From: a virus
Taxonomy: Duplodnaviria; Caudoviricetes
Virus record (IMG/VR): IMGVR_UViG_3300045557_000076
Location: 1-26,769 of that record
Direction: 5' to 3' (one strand)
Length of the DNA stretch: 26,769 bases
Made by a program: the position numbers and the translations under genes. This document shows positions 23,912 to 26,769 of the stretch, piece after piece. Numbering within the stretch: the first letter of the stretch is position 1; every line of letters starts with the position of its first letter. The notes under the pieces were generated by a model. The model saw only the letters and a program-made list of their open reading frames with translations, had not been told where the DNA came from and did no database searches.

Positions 23912-25471
23912 ATGGCAACTAGAACATCAACTCAAGATGGACTTGCATCGGAAAGCTTTGACGGTGAAATAGCAAACGGTGATGATTTACAAATTAATCA
24001 TAACATTACCTTTGATATGGATTTCTCAGGAATGGCAAATGGTATCCGAGATTTAAGCATAGCAATAGATAAACGCTTAATTTTTAAAAATGACGCTATT
24101 ACATATTTCAAATGGTATGGGAAAATATTATTAGAATCATTAGGAAAATTTAGGATAGGAACAGAAGCGTCTCCAATTCAAAGACCCCCATCCGGGTCTG
24201 ATGTACGATGTACATTACATTACACTGGTAGAGATTACGCCCCTATCTATGAGGCATTTGAAAACAATAGTATTTTTGGTTGGGCGCCCACACTGAATCA
24301 TTCATTCATTACGGAAGATTTGGCTTTAAATGAAGATGAAATACCCCTGGAGACTGCTATTGATGTTCAACCTGGTGAAAAAATAGTAATCGCCTGTGGA
24401 ACTGATGAATCATATATAACCGAAGATTCCAGTGGTATTTACACAGTTTCATCAGTGGATGGCAATGTAATCACTCTTGCTGCAGGTTTAGAGAAAGCAA
24501 GAAATGAAGGAGATGTAGTAGCCATATATTCAAGACCAATATGCTTTAGAAGTGATAATAAAATATACGGACACATTTACGGGGCTGAAAACGTCCAAGG
24601 ATGCTTATTTAAAAATATTGACTTGTTAGATTATTTATCACAACATCAACACTGTACTTATGACGGGAAAACTAATCAATCAACGAGTAATGGTTCTTTA
24701 GAGAATGTTACAATCGTAAATTCGGTATTAGGGGGTACTTTCTTATTCAATTATCAGGATACAGTGATTATAAATCCTCTTTCATGGTTCGGACTTATAA
24801 ACTCTTCAATAGATGCAGATGGTGTGGTGTTTCAAAATATTGGCGGTGATGGTATTGTATCATCAGCTGATTCAGTGTATAAAAACTGTATTTTTAGAAA
24901 TCTTGACTTTTTAGGCCAAGAGGTAAGAAATATCAAATTATACAACTGCATAATAGATACAAACTATGAAATGCTTGACAGTTACGATGCTACATTGTTA
25001 AATTCTACTATTGAAAGTTTCAATCATAACCAAGTAGTTGGAGCGTATAAAAACTACCAATATGGGGGTACAATTGAAACTCAATCAATAGATGGAGTAT
25101 TACAGCCGGGTAAACTTGTTTTTAAACCCCAATCCAATGATTACCCAGTATTCAAGGATTATCCTATATACGCACCTGCTAACAGGATAACCAAGTATTA
25201 TATGCGTGCAGTTAAGGATTTCACCGGGGGCACGGTTAAAGCTGAAATCATAGACCCTACAGATGATCCACTCATAGATCCAGAAGCGGAGGCACTAGAC
25301 ACTGCACTTATGCCCGACCTTACAGTTGAAAGACAATCATTCAACGTCTCAGTCAAACCAGAGCATGATAAACAGTTAATATTACGTGTATCTGCAAAAA
25401 ATAGTCAAGGAACTATGATATTGTATCCTCCAGTTATATATGAGCGATTCAGGAAAAAAGAACTGAAATAA
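23912..25471 (+). CDS. Beta-rich virion-associated protein (G8-like N-terminus, possible beta-helix)
   Basis: GDDLQINHNITFD, FRIGTEASPI, repeated NCIF/NCII/NSTI-type strands. Confidence 0.55.
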   Translation: MATRTSTQDGLASESFDGEIANGDDLQINHNITFDMDFSGMANGIRDLSIAIDKRLIFKNDAITYFKWYGKILLESLGKFRIGTEASPIQRPPSGSDVRCTLHYTGRDYAPIYEAFENNSIFGWAPTLNHSFITEDLALNEDEIPLETAIDVQPGEKIVIACGTDESYITEDSSGIYTVSSVDGNVITLAAGLEKARNEGDVVAIYSRPICFRSDNKIYGHIYGAENVQGCLFKNIDLLDYLSQHQHCTYDGKTNQSTSNGSLENVTIVNSVLGGTFLFNYQDTVIINPLSWFGLINSSIDADGVVFQNIGGDGIVSSADSVYKNCIFRNLDFLGQEVRNIKLYNCIIDTNYEMLDSYDATLLNSTIESFNHNQVVGAYKNYQYGGTIETQSIDGVLQPGKLVFKPQSNDYPVFKDYPIYAPANRITKYYMRAVKDFTGGTVKAEIIDPTDDPLIDPEAEALDTALMPDLTVERQSFNVSVKPEHDKQLILRVSAKNSQGTMILYPPVIYERFRKKELK

Positions 25472-25484
25472 AGGTAAAGAAAAT

Positions 25485-25862
25485 ATGACATACGCAAACA
25501 TCGACGCAGTAATGGTACGACTCGGAAACAGCCTCAGCGAAGATCCCAGTGAAGAAATAATCGCTGAAGGAATAGCCGCCGCCGAAGATAGAATACAAGG
25601 AGCACTCAAAAAGAAAGACATCACACCACCAACAAGTGATACTAATCTTACCAGGGCGGCGAATTACCTAGCAGTCGCTGACATCCTAACATCAATGAAC
25701 AACACCAACACCGAACTACCTGCTGCAGTGAATAAATGGGAGAAACTTGGCTGTGATAAAATACGAGAGTATATCACGGATGTTTTAAACCGTGAAAGCG
25801 GCCAGGCCTATACTAAGAGTAATAATAGTATGTCTTGGTATGATCACCGAAGAAGGCCGTAA
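25485..25862 (+). CDS. Head-tail adaptor (Mu gp36/SPP1 gp15-like)
   Basis: MTYANIDAV..., IAAAEDRIQGAL, AANYLAV helical pattern. Confidence 0.75.
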   Translation: MTYANIDAVMVRLGNSLSEDPSEEIIAEGIAAAEDRIQGALKKKDITPPTSDTNLTRAANYLAVADILTSMNNTNTELPAAVNKWEKLGCDKIREYITDVLNRESGQAYTKSNNSMSWYDHRRRP

Positions 25863-25865
25863 ACT

Positions 25866-26297
25866 ATGGATTTATGGATGGAACTGGACTTATCTGAAGT
25901 CGAAAGATGGTCACGTAGTAAGGAATCAGAACTACCCGGACGTGCCTATCGTTTAACATTTGATGCTACGAATGATGTTCGGAACGCAATGATGGATGTA
26001 GGCCCTGTAAGGTGTGGTTTTAATAAGAACAGTCATGTAGCTGATGTTATTAGTTGGAATTATGGTATAGCTTATTCCGATAGTCCTTATTATCCTACTA
26101 TTATTAAAGGCCGTGGCCCTGTCGTCGCGGTAAATGCCAGGGCTTTAGCTATAAGAACTAACTGTGGTGGTGGTGTTATATTCAGGAAGAGTGCCGGTCC
26201 TGCTAAGGCGAATGATTACCGACCACGAGCCATTCAAAGAGCTAATAGTGATATTCAAAGACATGCCAGTGAATTTGGAAAGTGGTACGTGACATAG
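25866..26297 (+). CDS. Neck/tail-completion protein (HK97 gp10-like)
   Basis: PVRCGFNKNSH, YYPTIIKG, GPAKANDYRPRAI match the gp10-like pattern. Confidence 0.7.
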   Translation: MDLWMELDLSEVERWSRSKESELPGRAYRLTFDATNDVRNAMMDVGPVRCGFNKNSHVADVISWNYGIAYSDSPYYPTIIKGRGPVVAVNARALAIRTNCGGGVIFRKSAGPAKANDYRPRAIQRANSDIQRHASEFGKWYVT

Positions 26298-26307
26298 AGG
26301 GGATTAT

Positions 26308-26769
26308 ATGGTTGAGCTTAACGATGGAATAACTTTACAAATATCCGATGCTGTAATCGATTTACTCGAAGCTATGGAAGACAATAATGAGGATAAAATA
26401 TTTACTAAAGTTAATTTAGGGAAGATTAAGAGTTTAACAGCCCATAAAGGTGTCGTTGCTGAAGTTTATGTTAATGATGAGGATAGTTTTCAATATATGC
26501 TCGGAAGGGAAGAGCATAAAAACCGTGATGTTGAAATCATAATTGGCATATTCGTTAAAGGTGTAGATGGAAAACCTGAAAGACTCAGATTAAGTATTAA
26601 AGACGTTGTAATAACATTAATAGAAAACAACGGAACACTGGGGGGTTTAACCATGTTCAGCCAAATAAAAAACGTAGCAAATGGTCGTCGTCCTGAAGGT
26701 AACCGGAATAATCCCACTCTCTTTGGTGCATCAATGATTTATGTTAAATATCAGCTTCATAATCCTTAA
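26308..26769 (+). CDS. Tail terminator-like protein (putative)
   Basis: Position after the gp10-like gene; alpha/beta pattern with NGTLGG. Confidence 0.55.
   Translation: MVELNDGITLQISDAVIDLLEAMEDNNEDKIFTKVNLGKIKSLTAHKGVVAEVYVNDEDSFQYMLGREEHKNRDVEIIIGIFVKGVDGKPERLRLSIKDVVITLIENNGTLGGLTMFSQIKNVANGRRPEGNRNNPTLFGASMIYVKYQLHNP

Larger units (their letters stand above)
1050..26769 (+). mobile_element. Integrated head-tail archaeal provirus (left part; continues past the window end)
   Basis: Integrase, MCM, terminase, portal, head and neck genes in phage-like order, almost all on +. The left boundary is approximate (between galE and the integrase); no att core was identified. Confidence 0.93.

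Noticed and set aside
23912-25471. Diversity-generating retroelement target
   Set aside because: No reverse transcriptase and no template/variable repeat pair seen in this window

Overview
The window opens with a host galE (1-972). From about 1 kb to the end it is the left part of an integrated head-tail (Caudoviricetes-like) archaeal provirus. The archaeal-type MCM, GGAGGTGA Shine-Dalgarno motifs and TTTATATA TATA boxes suggest a methanogen host, probably Methanobacteriales (inference). Gene order: tyrosine integrase; a structured non-coding region; a divergent-promoter switch with TCTTGAC operators; an early operon (micro-proteins, tRNA-Thr(UGU), a 61-nt anticodon-less tRNA-Ala-like RNA, HD hydrolase, SSB-like and annealase-like proteins, MCM); an accessory block (RHH, GIY-YIG, YopX, Zn-finger micro-proteins); a possible late-transcription module; holin-like genes; terminase; a Mu-like head module; and neck/tail-completion genes. 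Two observations stand out. One is an apparently split, order-swapped TFB-like pair: an unannotated CTG-start cyclin-repeat-like ORF followed by a TFIIB zinc-ribbon ORF, flanking a promoter with an unusual tandem repeat at the BRE position, just before the late genes. The other is the anticodon-less tRNA mimic that keeps the G3:U70/A73 alanine identity elements. All calls come from reading the sequence and recalling motifs; no database searches or folding programs were run.
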